Notes: generated by a model from the sequence alone, not told the origin. A DNA stretch of 27,119 nt from Candidatus Woesearchaeota archaeon (GCA_019323665.1 JAHWHA010000054.1:1-27119), one strand, 5' to 3'. Counted from the first letter of the stretch, positions 1 to 8,655 are shown. Translations and numbers: made by a program.

Positions 1-115
1 CTATGTGTATGTGTGGTACAACCATACCTGTTATAAAAACACATGCTAACAGATACGATAGATATACATTTTTCCGAACCGTATATATTTTAACTGCTTT
101 TTTTTCTTTTGCCAT
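1..115 (-). CDS. Hypothetical membrane protein, partial (runs off the left end)
   Basis: Manual translation MAKEKKAVKIYTVRKNVYLSYLLACVFITGMVVPHIHI...; GGGGGT RBS-like motif upstream; hydrophobic stretch. Confidence 0.45.
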   Translation of the reverse strand, partial: MAKEKKAVKIYTVRKNVYLSYLLACVFITGMVVPHIHI

Positions 116-245
116 TTCTTTTACCCCCCAAATTTATAGAAGTCCTGCATCGGGGACAAGCCACATATACAGGATAATCCTTGCTCGGTTTTCTACCCCC
201 CCTATATTCCCATTCCCATTTGCAACGCTGACATTTAAGTTTCAT
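90..245 (-). CDS. Small C2C2 zinc-ribbon protein (51 aa)
   Basis: Manual translation MKLKCQRCKWEWEYRGGRKPSKDYPVYVACPRCRTSINLGGKRNGKRKKSS; CxxC...CPxC; ATGA overlap with upstream stop. Confidence 0.7.
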   Translation of the reverse strand: MKLKCQRCKWEWEYRGGRKPSKDYPVYVACPRCRTSINLGGKRNGKRKKSS

Positions 246-343
246 CTTTTTGCATCAACCTTTTTTCTGATTTTCTTTTTTTCCATTTTTGCTCGTCTCG
301 TGCCACCAAATATATCAAAATTGAACTTATACTTTGTTGCCAT
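242..343 (-). CDS. Basic microprotein (33 aa), paralog of 2523..2690
   Basis: MATKYKFNFDIFGGTRRAKMEKKKIRKKVDAKR; 16 of the first 20 aa identical to 2523..2690. Confidence 0.6.
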   Translation of the reverse strand: MATKYKFNFDIFGGTRRAKMEKKKIRKKVDAKR

Positions 344-500
344 CTATAACCTGTGTAGTTTGATTAAGCTTTTTTATGTATTCTTCAACTACCGATAATT
401 TTACATCAATATTATACATAGCAAATGTTTTAACGATGTCTAACACAAGTACCAACAATAAAAACAAACTCAAAACCACAACTACTACATCTTGTTCCAT
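327..500 (-). CDS. Small membrane protein (57 aa)
   Basis: MEQDVVVVVLSLFLLLVLVLDIVKTFAMY...; GAGGTGA RBS; N-terminal TM segment. Confidence 0.6.
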   Translation of the reverse strand: MEQDVVVVVLSLFLLLVLVLDIVKTFAMYNIDVKLSVVEEYIKKLNQTTQVIDGNKV

Positions 501-563
501 TTTCTCTCACCTCATAAAGTGCCTGTTTCTAGTGCTTCCAATAATTCTTCTTCATCCCTATAA

Positions 564-752
564 TCAACTTTTTTCAAATTCTTGTAATATTTTTTTATAT
601 TCTTTTTCTGCATTTTTTTCAAAAGCATCAATGGTATTTATCATTTCAAGATAATAGTGCGATATTTCCCATAGCACACTAAATATTTTATATTGGAACT
701 CCTTATCAAGCTTGTCCCACTCGTCCTTGCTAAAATTATTAGCCATTTGCAT
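564..752 (-). CDS. Hypothetical protein (possibly truncated by frameshift)
   Basis: ORF track; overlaps upstream stop; a plausible continuation to 512 lies in another frame. Confidence 0.55.
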   Translation of the reverse strand: MQMANNFSKDEWDKLDKEFQYKIFSVLWEISHYYLEMINTIDAFEKNAEKEYKKILQEFEKS

Positions 753-928
753 CAACCTTTTTCATTAATCTCCATAACCATAGCACAGCATTGAACAACC
801 ATCTGTTCAAGTTGTTCTCTACTGACCTTAAGCCTCTTTTGACCATCAAAAAGAATATTAATTTGCTCTTGAATAGTTTCAGTATGCCAAGCATTTGTAA
901 ATATCTTACGCCAATCTGTTTCGTCCAT
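752..928 (-). CDS. Hypothetical protein
   Basis: ORF track; GAGGTG RBS before ATG at 928. Confidence 0.55.
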   Translation of the reverse strand: MDETDWRKIFTNAWHTETIQEQINILFDGQKRLKVSREQLEQMVVQCCAMVMEINEKG

Positions 929-954
929 CAAAAACACCTCTCACTGTCAATTTT

Positions 955-1386
955 CTATTCTATAACAATCCTCGTGTCTGGTAACTCAGCAGCAACCCTT
1001 GTGTTGATGTCTGGCACTATCACTTGTGGCTTGAATATCACTCTGTAATAATAAGCACTCGCCTCAGCAGGCTCTATCTGCTCTACAAAATATGCCGTAT
1101 TATCAGACAACCCAAAATAATGTTTCTTGTACTCATTATGACCAGTTTTACATATAACTTCTAATTCACCATTTGTAACTCTATCTGAAAATATAGCACA
1201 CTTTCCTTCAACTACCAACAAATATTGGTCTGTTATGCCATTGAAAAAAACTATACGCCTGTTAATCTCAAAATTATCTGATGACTGTCTCAAATTCTGT
1301 GAGGCTACACTTGCATCTGTGCAACCCATTACAAATAATAATAACATTCCAACTATAATCAACCCAATCTGCATTTTATTTTTCAT
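955..1386 (-). CDS. Phage-type lipoprotein
   Basis: Signal peptide with lipobox-like VMG-C; motifs DNFEINRRIVFFNGIT, CKTG..EYKKHYFGLSDN, YRVIFKP typical of a widespread bacteriophage lipoprotein family; GGAGGT RBS before ATG 1386. Confidence 0.75.
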   Translation of the reverse strand: MKNKMQIGLIIVGMLLLFVMGCTDASVASQNLRQSSDNFEINRRIVFFNGITDQYLLVVEGKCAIFSDRVTNGELEVICKTGHNEYKKHYFGLSDNTAYFVEQIEPAEASAYYYRVIFKPQVIVPDINTRVAAELPDTRIVIE

Positions 1387-1431
1387 TTTACAAACCTCCA
1401 AATTTAAGTATGTATGTAGTATAACTATTAT

Positions 1432-2526
1432 TTAAATCTTTCTAATCATCTTTCCGTATTCTGCCTCAATTTTCTTGGCAACCTCTGACCAATCGAACTT
1501 CTCGGCCGCTTCTCTGTTGCTCTTGCTCAGTATCTCTAATGATTTCTGGTCATCCAACAGCCCGATTATCTGCTTCGCCATGGCCTTGACATCCCTAGGT
1601 TTGACCACTATGCCCTGCAGATGGGTTGTTACCAGCTCGGCTGGTCCTGAGTTGTCATATACGATTGAAGGCACACCACATGCTGCCGCCTCTATCACCA
1701 CTAGCCCGAACGTGTCCTTGGTGGATGGCATCAGCATTATGCTAGAGCTCTTTATCTCACTGATTGTCTGGTCATAGTCCAGCCTGCCCATAGACTTGAT
1801 GAACTCGTGCTTGGTCTCAACATCCTGCCCGATTATCTTCAGCACGAGCTCTGGATGTGATTCATGGGCTATGACTGCCGCATCAATTGCGTCCTGCACA
1901 TGCTTGAACCATATATCACGCCCTACAAAACACAGTTCTGTGGTTTTCGGCTTGGCCTCGATTGACTCGATTCTGGCCAGGTCAACACCGTTATATATCA
2001 CAGATATATCACATTCTATACCGAAATCCTTGATTAACGCCTGCTTTGCGTAGTTGCTTACTGTCAGGACATGCTCAAAATCAAGATTGAACAGGAACCG
2101 CTCGACTCGCTGGGCTATGGTGGGATTGTATTTATCTTTTGACCAATCTCCAATCACAATATTGATGGTGGCCAGCACCGGCTTATGCTTGAGCTTGCCT
2201 GCAAGCACGGCTGGGAATAGTGGGATGTAAGTGTTGGCATCTATAATATCATATTCCAGGCGGTATAATAGATAGAATAAGCACGCTAGGATATAATGCA
2301 GAAAGTTCCAAATAGACCTGTTTGGCGGGTCAGCTATCACGGGCCCTATATGATGGATATGAACCCCGTCTACCGTCTCCTCTTTTGGTGCACCCTTGAA
2401 CCTGCAACAGACCAGATGCACTTCATGTCCTCGTTCTGCTAACCTCTTGGTTATCTCGTGATACCTTATCTCCCCGCCACCATTATAGTAAGGCACACAA
2501 AACTCGGTCACTACACATATTCTCAT
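1432..2526 (-). CDS. Glycosyltransferase family 4 (GT-B)
   Basis: N-terminal MRICVV...GGGE...GHEVHLV; C-terminal PSTKDTFGLVVIEAAACGVP, FDWSEVA; ATGA overlap at 2523-2526. Confidence 0.92.
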   Translation of the reverse strand: MRICVVTEFCVPYYNGGGEIRYHEITKRLAERGHEVHLVCCRFKGAPKEETVDGVHIHHIGPVIADPPNRSIWNFLHYILACLFYLLYRLEYDIIDANTYIPLFPAVLAGKLKHKPVLATINIVIGDWSKDKYNPTIAQRVERFLFNLDFEHVLTVSNYAKQALIKDFGIECDISVIYNGVDLARIESIEAKPKTTELCFVGRDIWFKHVQDAIDAAVIAHESHPELVLKIIGQDVETKHEFIKSMGRLDYDQTISEIKSSSIMLMPSTKDTFGLVVIEAAACGVPSIVYDNSGPAELVTTHLQGIVVKPRDVKAMAKQIIGLLDDQKSLEILSKSNREAAEKFDWSEVAKKIEAEYGKMIRKI

Positions 2527-2690
2527 GAGCATCTAATATATTTCTTAAGTGTTTCAAGCTCGCTCTCCAGTTCTGCTATCCGTCTCTTCACGCCTTCTCT
2601 CTCCTTCTTTTTTAGCTCGTCCCATGATTTCATTTTCTCTCTCCTTGTGCCGCCAAATATGGCCCAGTTGAATTGGTATTTGGTAGCCAT
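2523..2690 (-). CDS. Small coiled-coil protein (55 aa), paralog of 242..343
   Basis: MATKYQFNWAIFGGTRREKMKSWDELKKKEREGVKRRIAELESELETLKKYIRCS; TAATG and ATGA couplings on both sides. Confidence 0.7.
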   Translation of the reverse strand: MATKYQFNWAIFGGTRREKMKSWDELKKKEREGVKRRIAELESELETLKKYIRCS

Positions 2691-3181
2691 TAATTCAACC
2701 TCATTATAAACCCACGTAAATTATAAGCAATTTTGCCTTTATGCTCCCAATATTTGATAGCACCGTATATCTTGAAATAATCGCTGTCTTTCATGGAGCG
2801 ATGCCCGATAAACTCTTCGAAATCCATCAATACAAAATTTGAATTGGACCTCAAGTCATTCAGCACACCTTTGCGTGTCTGGGCAACTATGCCCCAATCC
2901 TGCATCGTCTTCTCGATTATCTCCATCTTGTTGGCTAGTATCTCTGACTGGATATTGAAATGCCTAATGGCCTTGTTGTATACAAACTTGCTGTGATATT
3001 TCTCGTTGAACACCATCTCATCAATGACCTCCCGGACATACTTGATATAGTCCATCGGCACCTCAAGGTCACGCTTCTGGCCAGATTCGTACTGGTATTG
3101 CAGCACCACCCGATTATCGCATTCCGAGACGCTGATAATCTTGTCCCGGCCTTCACCCTTGGTTATGTTAATCTTCTCCAT
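2690..3181 (-). CDS. Hypothetical protein (163 aa)
   Basis: ORF track; translationally coupled to downstream gene. Confidence 0.7.
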   Translation of the reverse strand: MEKINITKGEGRDKIISVSECDNRVVLQYQYESGQKRDLEVPMDYIKYVREVIDEMVFNEKYHSKFVYNKAIRHFNIQSEILANKMEIIEKTMQDWGIVAQTRKGVLNDLRSNSNFVLMDFEEFIGHRSMKDSDYFKIYGAIKYWEHKGKIAYNLRGFIMRLN

Positions 3182-3281
3182 CTTGCCTCAACCCACAATA
3201 ATCTGTTGCTTCTGACTCGTGCCCGCATGTGTAATTGTCTTTCCTGTAATGCTTGCACTTGTTGCGGAACTTGCATTTCAT
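3168..3281 (-). CDS. Cys-rich microprotein (37 aa)
   Basis: MKCKFRNKCKHYRKDNYTCGHESEATDYCGLRQDGED; ATGA overlap with upstream stop. Confidence 0.55.
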   Translation of the reverse strand: MKCKFRNKCKHYRKDNYTCGHESEATDYCGLRQDGED

Positions 3282-3577
3282 TTTTTGGTTAGCTCTTGGT
3301 CAAGCTTCTTGACCATCAGCTCCATCTTCTTGATGATTGATACTGATTCGTCAATATTGTTTGACAGCATCAGCACCACGGATGACATCGTGTTGACCAT
3401 CATCATCTCCCATAATGCCTTGTCACTTATCTTCAAGTATGACATGTTCAGCACGAACGGCATCAGGAGCTCGGTCATCTCATCAATCACGTACTCGATA
3501 TCCTCGGGAGTGGCAATGTTTTTGTCACGCATCTCCCTGATGAGCTTGCTCAAGCCTTGGTACTCATCATAGTTCAT
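3278..3577 (-). CDS. Hypothetical helical protein (99 aa)
   Basis: ORF track; same strand and coupling as neighbours. Confidence 0.65.
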   Translation of the reverse strand: MNYDEYQGLSKLIREMRDKNIATPEDIEYVIDEMTELLMPFVLNMSYLKISDKALWEMMMVNTMSSVVLMLSNNIDESVSIIKKMELMVKKLDQELTKK

Positions 3578-3758
3578 CTTCCCCTTTTTTCTCCTTCTTT
3601 TTTAAACTATCAGCCAGTGTTTTGTTTTTTTTAATTGTGTTGTATGATACTTTTTGTTTGCTGTATCCCAATTGGTTCACCTCTTATTGGCACTGCTGTT
3701 GTTAATAACTCCAAATAATCCAAAAATTCTTCTTCTGATTTGAATGGTTTGTCCATAT

Positions 3759-6700
3759 CTAAAGACATTTTATCCAACCCCTCTTCGGTTCTATTATGTC
3801 TCCTTTTATCTTGAGCTTGTTGATTATCTCTTCTGTTTCGTGCTCTGGTATGTTCTCTTCTTTAGCTTTCTGCAGCACATCAAACAGCTGGAAGATTTCT
3901 TGCTTGGAGGATAGCTCCCTGAGTATTTCTTCTAAAATTATAACTTTGTTTCTGGCACTTGCACTTATGGTTGTTATCCTGTCAATATCCAGCCTGCCTG
4001 ACTCGTCCATACCAAGCTGTCTTAAATAGAACATCACTATACGCCTCGCCAACCTGACATCCTGCTCCTCAACTTTGTCAGAGAGCCTTGACTTTGCTGC
4101 GGCTTCTGATAACCTTATCAACCCTTCGGCCTGTCTGGGTGTGATTGGTATCGCCTGGACCCTGTCCTCTTTATTGGTCTGTTTCCTAAGTCCGGTATAA
4201 AACTCTTTTATCAGTTTATCCGCCTCGTCTGTTAACTTGGGTTCAAGTCTCTTTGCATATGCAATATATTTGCGGATTACATCACGCTCTAGTTCTGGGT
4301 TGATTTCATCTGAATCCCTATGAACATCAAGTATCCTTTGAACAACCTTGCCATCAATATTCTCATCTGCCCTGTCAATGAACGCGAAGATTGCATCAAA
4401 TCTGGATAACAATGAAGATTGCATATTAACCTGCTCAGGCAACGGTTTATACATATCAAACCTGCTGCTCTCAGGATTAGCAGCAGCAAGAATAGCTGTT
4501 TCGGCCGGTAAGGATGCGTTGATGCCTATGCCTGTACGGGTAATTACACCAGATTCCATCGCCTCATGCAATGCTGAAATATCATCAGGTCGCATCTTGT
4601 CTGCCTCATCCAACAACAATGTGGCCTTATTCGCCAGAACAATAGCTCCCGCCTCAAGTGCATAAGTATTAGTCAAATCATCTTTGTATATAGCAGCAGT
4701 TATGCCGGCTTTAGTAGACGCACCACCAACAACCAACCTTGATTTTGGGTTTAGCTCTTTTATCTGGTTCAATAATTTTGATTTTCCTGTATTATGCACA
4801 ATAATGCCATTGGCTATGAACCTCTTATGCGTTGGCACTTCTATATCAAAAACATCTCTTGGCCGCAGCCTGTTGATTTCGACTACCTTCTCTGTTAGTT
4901 TGCCATTACGCCTCCTCTTGAGCTTATTGGCATACTCATAATTTTTTCTGAACTTCTTTATTTTCTTTTTGCTCAAAAACCCAATATGGTCACTGAATCT
5001 AATCATCGAGTTTGCTTGCCTTATCACTAAATTGCCTCTGGGCCCGGTTTTGATTCCTTCAGTATTTTTTTTAGGATTTTTTTCCCAGATAATCCTCGAG
5101 TGGATGCCGAACCTCAACAAAAGATGTTGAACATCCCTCAAAAACTCAAGGCTTGCCGATTTGAGACTGATTGAAGTTCTCCCCCTCCCATTACAAAAAG
5201 CACAGCCATCTGCATCATATACTGCAGATAAAAAAGAAGCCACTACCGAGTCTCTTGACTTGAAAATCACATCTGGTACTCGGTTGATATTCGCCTTTAT
5301 CTGTAATGGGGCTAGGACTTCTGATATATGTTTCCGGTGGATGGTGTACGTGTTCATTTTTGAGTTAGGATTTTTTTTATGTTTTGATAGCGATACACCA
5401 AAACATTTCTTAACAGCAGACTCTAATCTTGGCAACACATCTAGCTCATCATCATTAATGACTAATCCCACCTCATATTTTCTAGCCCAGCCATCTGTCA
5501 CTACATATGCCATAATAAGGGCTAGGTCTTCATCCACAAATTGAGGGAGGTTCTGGCCCCACCCAGTCTCAACCAGTGCTTGTTTTGTGCAACGTATTTT
5601 TTTCAGAATCCTGACACTGTCACCCACCTCAAGAGCATCAAACCTTTTCCAATTGTTGCCAGAACAGAGCACGGGTTGGTTGTGTGTCCCTTTCAAGCTT
5701 TTGCCGCTTTCTGTGATTATCTCAATTATTGGTTGCTTTTTATAATGATGGAACACAGTTGCTTTGGCGTTGTTGTACTGCCCATCTATACGCACATTAT
5801 AATCTATTTTTTGCAGATGTTTTGTCCCCATATCCCCTATTTTCATCGAGGTTCCATCAGATAGTGTAACTCTCTCACCAGAGACCAGACATGATGGGTC
5901 ACCAACTAGCAATATATGGATAGTGCCACGAGTCTTGCCTTTTTTGCTTACTTTTTTGACACCACCAAACTGCTGGAGCAATAACGCCTCTTTGATTTCC
6001 TCAATACCATAAATGTTTGGTGCTATGCTGTCACGCATCTTCTCGAAAAGATGTTCATCATTGGCTAACTCTTTGACCATCTCTATATCCTCTGGTGTAA
6101 GCTGTAGGTCTTCGTAGGATTTATCTATTGGTTCAATATAATTGGCCTCAAGCATCATCTCTTTGATATTGCTTTCCTCTTTCAATAGGAAATCCGGACT
6201 TTCAATAACCACACCTGTAATCATAACTTTGTTACCAGGCTCAAGTTGTTTTGCCTTATCGGGTGATATCAACGGTCCGTGGACTATCACATTGACTCTC
6301 TGTGTCTGTGATGACTCGCCAAGATATTCTGGTAGCTCTTCAAACTCTAATTTCAAAAAATCAATTTTTGTTTCTTTGTTGATTTGCCAGCTTCCTTTGT
6401 AGCCACAGGCACAATATCTGGGTTTTTTGATTTTCTTTGTTGTTTGCTTGATTGGGATTCCATTAGCACAGTTTGGGCAAACATAAACAATCTCAACCGT
6501 ATGTGATGCCACAGCTGTGGTCTTCTTGATTGTGCCATTGAATGCAAAAAGTTTGTTTAGGTCTTGTGTGCGGATATCTTTAATCCTCAATAAGCACCCA
6601 GGAGTCAGGTTGTGGAAATATATTTTTATTTTGGTATCAGAATCTTTATCAACTATATTTTCCACAATATCCTCAATCAAGATAAGGGATTTAGAAAAAT

Positions 6701-6860
6701 TATCCAGTATCTCCTCTCCAAGGGCCGGGTCAAACCTGATAAGGTCACAAAAATCTATCAACAAACCTTTGCCAGGGTATATGCTGGCAAACTGGAGTTT
6801 ATTATAACAATTATCTTGCAAATAATCTGTCATGTTCCGTGTAAACTCGCTTGGTTTCAT
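3759..6860 (-). CDS. mcm: MCM replicative helicase precursor containing an intein (about 666 aa after splicing)
   Basis: N-terminal Zn finger CPNC..CACG, IAPNIYG, Walker A GDPS|TGKS split by intein, LEAGAIVLA, Walker B LLLDEADKM, R-finger SRFD, ITPRQ, C-terminal wHTH. Confidence 0.97.
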   Translation of the reverse strand: MKPSEFTRNMTDYLQDNCYNKLQFASIYPGKGLLIDFCDLIRFDPALGEEILDNFSKSLILIEDIVENIVDKDSDTKIKIYFHNLTPGCLLRIKDIRTQDLNKLFAFNGTIKKTTAVASHTVEIVYVCPNCANGIPIKQTTKKIKKPRYCACGYKGSWQINKETKIDFLKLEFEELPEYLGESSQTQRVNVIVHGPLISPDKAKQLEPGNKVMITGVVIESPDFLLKEESNIKEMMLEANYIEPIDKSYEDLQLTPEDIEMVKELANDEHLFEKMRDSIAPNIYGIEEIKEALLLQQFGGVKKVSKKGKTRGTIHILLVGDPSCLVSGERVTLSDGTSMKIGDMGTKHLQKIDYNVRIDGQYNNAKATVFHHYKKQPIIEIITESGKSLKGTHNQPVLCSGNNWKRFDALEVGDSVRILKKIRCTKQALVETGWGQNLPQFVDEDLALIMAYVVTDGWARKYEVGLVINDDELDVLPRLESAVKKCFGVSLSKHKKNPNSKMNTYTIHRKHISEVLAPLQIKANINRVPDVIFKSRDSVVASFLSAVYDADGCAFCNGRGRTSISLKSASLEFLRDVQHLLLRFGIHSRIIWEKNPKKNTEGIKTGPRGNLVIRQANSMIRFSDHIGFLSKKKIKKFRKNYEYANKLKRRRNGKLTEKVVEINRLRPRDVFDIEVPTHKRFIANGIIVHNTGKSKLLNQIKELNPKSRLVVGGASTKAGITAAIYKDDLTNTYALEAGAIVLANKATLLLDEADKMRPDDISALHEAMESGVITRTGIGINASLPAETAILAAANPESSRFDMYKPLPEQVNMQSSLLSRFDAIFAFIDRADENIDGKVVQRILDVHRDSDEINPELERDVIRKYIAYAKRLEPKLTDEADKLIKEFYTGLRKQTNKEDRVQAIPITPRQAEGLIRLSEAAAKSRLSDKVEEQDVRLARRIVMFYLRQLGMDESGRLDIDRITTISASARNKVIILEEILRELSSKQEIFQLFDVLQKAKEENIPEHETEEIINKLKIKGDIIEPKRGWIKCL
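4791..5891 (-). mobile_element. Intein with LAGLIDADG homing endonuclease (367 aa) in MCM Walker A
   Basis: Starts CLVSGERV, ends FIANGIIVHN followed by +1 Thr; LAGLIDADG blocks IMAYVVTDG and FLSAVYDADG; SASLEFLRDVQHLLLRFGI. Confidence 0.95.
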
Positions 6861-6865
6861 ATTTG

Positions 6866-7972
6866 TTATATTGTTGTTTGCTTCTCAAATTCTTTTGTGG
6901 CAATTACTTTAGTCCAGAGGTCTTTGGAAGATGACCTGATTCCAATCAGCCCTAAGCTCTCCAGCTTTTGAATCCTTTTTATAACAGTTGGCTGACTCAT
7001 ATCTAATTTTTTACGTATTGCATTTATTAATGCTTTTTGACTCTTAGCAGTGCCTTCAAAATCATTTTTCAAAATCATATATACTCCGTATAATTGCTCC
7101 CTCATTGTGTCATCTTCAACTTTTTCCTTCAATATTTTTTGCACATAATTTTCAGAGGCCAAGATTGATTCTGCAGTTTCAGATGAGATTATAGCCATCC
7201 CATTCCCCAAAGCATATCTACATATTTCACTACACCCCACCAAAATATTGCGTGGGATGCCAGCCCCATATCTCCAAATATGCTTTATCACTTGCTCATC
7301 CTTGAATGGCTGTGCTGGCAAATCATGATTAATCTTATGGGTGCTCAATCTACCCTGAATCATCTCTTTAGTCTCATCAACAGTGAATTTTGATAAGCTA
7401 CAATGCCTGAATTTGCCCAGAATCTCTGTATTTTCTTCCAGTTTAGACTTATGGCTATAATTCATAGCCATGAATACCGTGATGCCCAGACTGCCACAAT
7501 ACTCCAAAAAGGAAGCCAGTCTTGCAAAATATGATTTTTTAATCTGGTCAGGCATATCTATGAACATATACACTTTTGTCTTGCCCAGATAATCTTTTAA
7601 TTCATCAGTTGTCCAGTTGAGATTTTCCTGCATATCGGGGTTGCTAGCAAACAATGTTTTTATTATATCTTGGACCGTCCCATCCCCAATATTTTTAATA
7701 TATCTTGCCTCAACTGGCCAATTTTCAGAATCAAAATCAAGTGCAATAGAATAAAGCCAGAGCAAAGCAGTTGTCTTGCCAATGCCCTTATGGCCTAAAA
7801 TCAACTCAAAATCATGATATTTTTCTTCACTGGTTAAAGAATCAGTCAATGCAAATTTAAAACTGAGCAATTTTTCTGTCATGACAATAGGTATGCGTTT
7901 ACATTCATTGATTGAAAATGTATTTTTAATAATAAATGGATTACCACGCAGGTTCCAATCGTCCCAATTCAT
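6866..7972 (-). CDS. AAA+ ATPase with C-terminal winged-helix, Orc1/Cdc6-like candidate initiator/helicase loader
   Basis: Walker A GHKGIGKTT, atypical Walker B MFIDMPD, GIPRNIL, C-terminal SQPTVIKRIQKLESLGLI wHTH; directly upstream of mcm and next to AT-rich region. Confidence 0.7.
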   Translation of the reverse strand: MNWDDWNLRGNPFIIKNTFSINECKRIPIVMTEKLLSFKFALTDSLTSEEKYHDFELILGHKGIGKTTALLWLYSIALDFDSENWPVEARYIKNIGDGTVQDIIKTLFASNPDMQENLNWTTDELKDYLGKTKVYMFIDMPDQIKKSYFARLASFLEYCGSLGITVFMAMNYSHKSKLEENTEILGKFRHCSLSKFTVDETKEMIQGRLSTHKINHDLPAQPFKDEQVIKHIWRYGAGIPRNILVGCSEICRYALGNGMAIISSETAESILASENYVQKILKEKVEDDTMREQLYGVYMILKNDFEGTAKSQKALINAIRKKLDMSQPTVIKRIQKLESLGLIGIRSSSKDLWTKVIATKEFEKQTTI

Positions 7973-8010
7973 ATCACCACCTCATTTTATGTTTCCCTTA
8001 AAAAATGCTT

Positions 8011-8030
8011 AGATTTAAAAAGATTTTGGT
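8011..8030 (-). promoter_or_regulatory. Archaeal BRE/TATA promoter for the AAA+/mcm operon
   Basis: Minus strand CCAAAATCTTTTTAAATCT about 40 bp upstream of ATG 7972, which has a GAGGTGGTGA RBS. Confidence 0.5.
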
Positions 8031-8039
8031 ACTGTATAA

Positions 8040-8470
8040 TAGATTACATATTATATTGAATTCAATAGATTTCAATAGTATTCTTTAGTATTCTATAGAT
8101 TTCAAAATTAAGATTTGGTTGATTTTAAGTCAACAAAAAATTATTTTTCGGAGGTCCAAAATGGAAAACATGGGTTTCAAAATCCTTTGCAATCTATTAG
8201 AGTCTAATAGATTGTAAAGCAAAGTGAACCTGAAAAAACCCCAATAGTCTTCCGCAGAAACAAAAGTTCGTATAATAATAATCATATATAATAATATATG
8301 AAATAGATAGAGATAGTATATATATATTATAAATATATTATATATATTATATCATAAATGTACATATATATCATACATAAACTATACTTATCATAAATAT
8401 CATAAACTATACTTATCATAAACCTCGTTTCGAAAACCGTATACTAGTATAGAGTGGTGTGTCGGTTTTA
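8040..8470. other. Candidate replication origin
   Basis: Largest non-coding gap; near-pure AT tract about 8270-8370; iterated TTCAATAG-like motifs 8061-8105; 22-bp direct repeat; flanked by replication genes. Confidence 0.6.
8376..8422 (+). repeat. 22-bp direct repeat CATAAACTATACTTATCATAAA x2 (8376-8397, 8401-8422)
   Basis: Exact copies read from the sequence; additional ATCATAAA at 8351. Confidence 0.9.
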
Positions 8471-8617
8471 AAAAGTAGTAACAAAGAATCTGTTTAACAA
8501 TTAAACTTTCTGTTTTATACCCCCCAATACTGCAAAATACATATTATAAACAATATAATCTTATATATATTTTTTATAATCAAGAATAAGGAAAGGATGA
8601 GAGAAAAGCCTTAAAAT

Positions 8618-8633
8618 CACAAACTTTATATAC
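8618..8633 (+). promoter_or_regulatory. Archaeal TATA promoter for the 8656 gene (probably leaderless)
   Basis: CACAAACTTTATATAC, TTTATATA at 8625-8632, ATG 23 bp downstream. Confidence 0.6.
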
Positions 8634-8655
8634 TTGCGAATCCTATTATAGGGTT

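Noticed and set aside
1432..1452. GT4 C-terminus KMIRKI resembling KMIRKL of the 17932 gene
   Set aside because: GT4 enzymes naturally end in such a helix; the match is short and likely coincidental, so it was not counted in the C-terminal motif set
3574..3756. Two possible micro-ORFs between mcm and the 99-aa gene
   Set aside because: Short, overlapping alternatives (one with a TTG start) and no motif to decide between them
8376..8422. Direct repeats as a CRISPR array
   Set aside because: Only two copies 3 bp apart, with no spacer-length unique sequence and no cas genes
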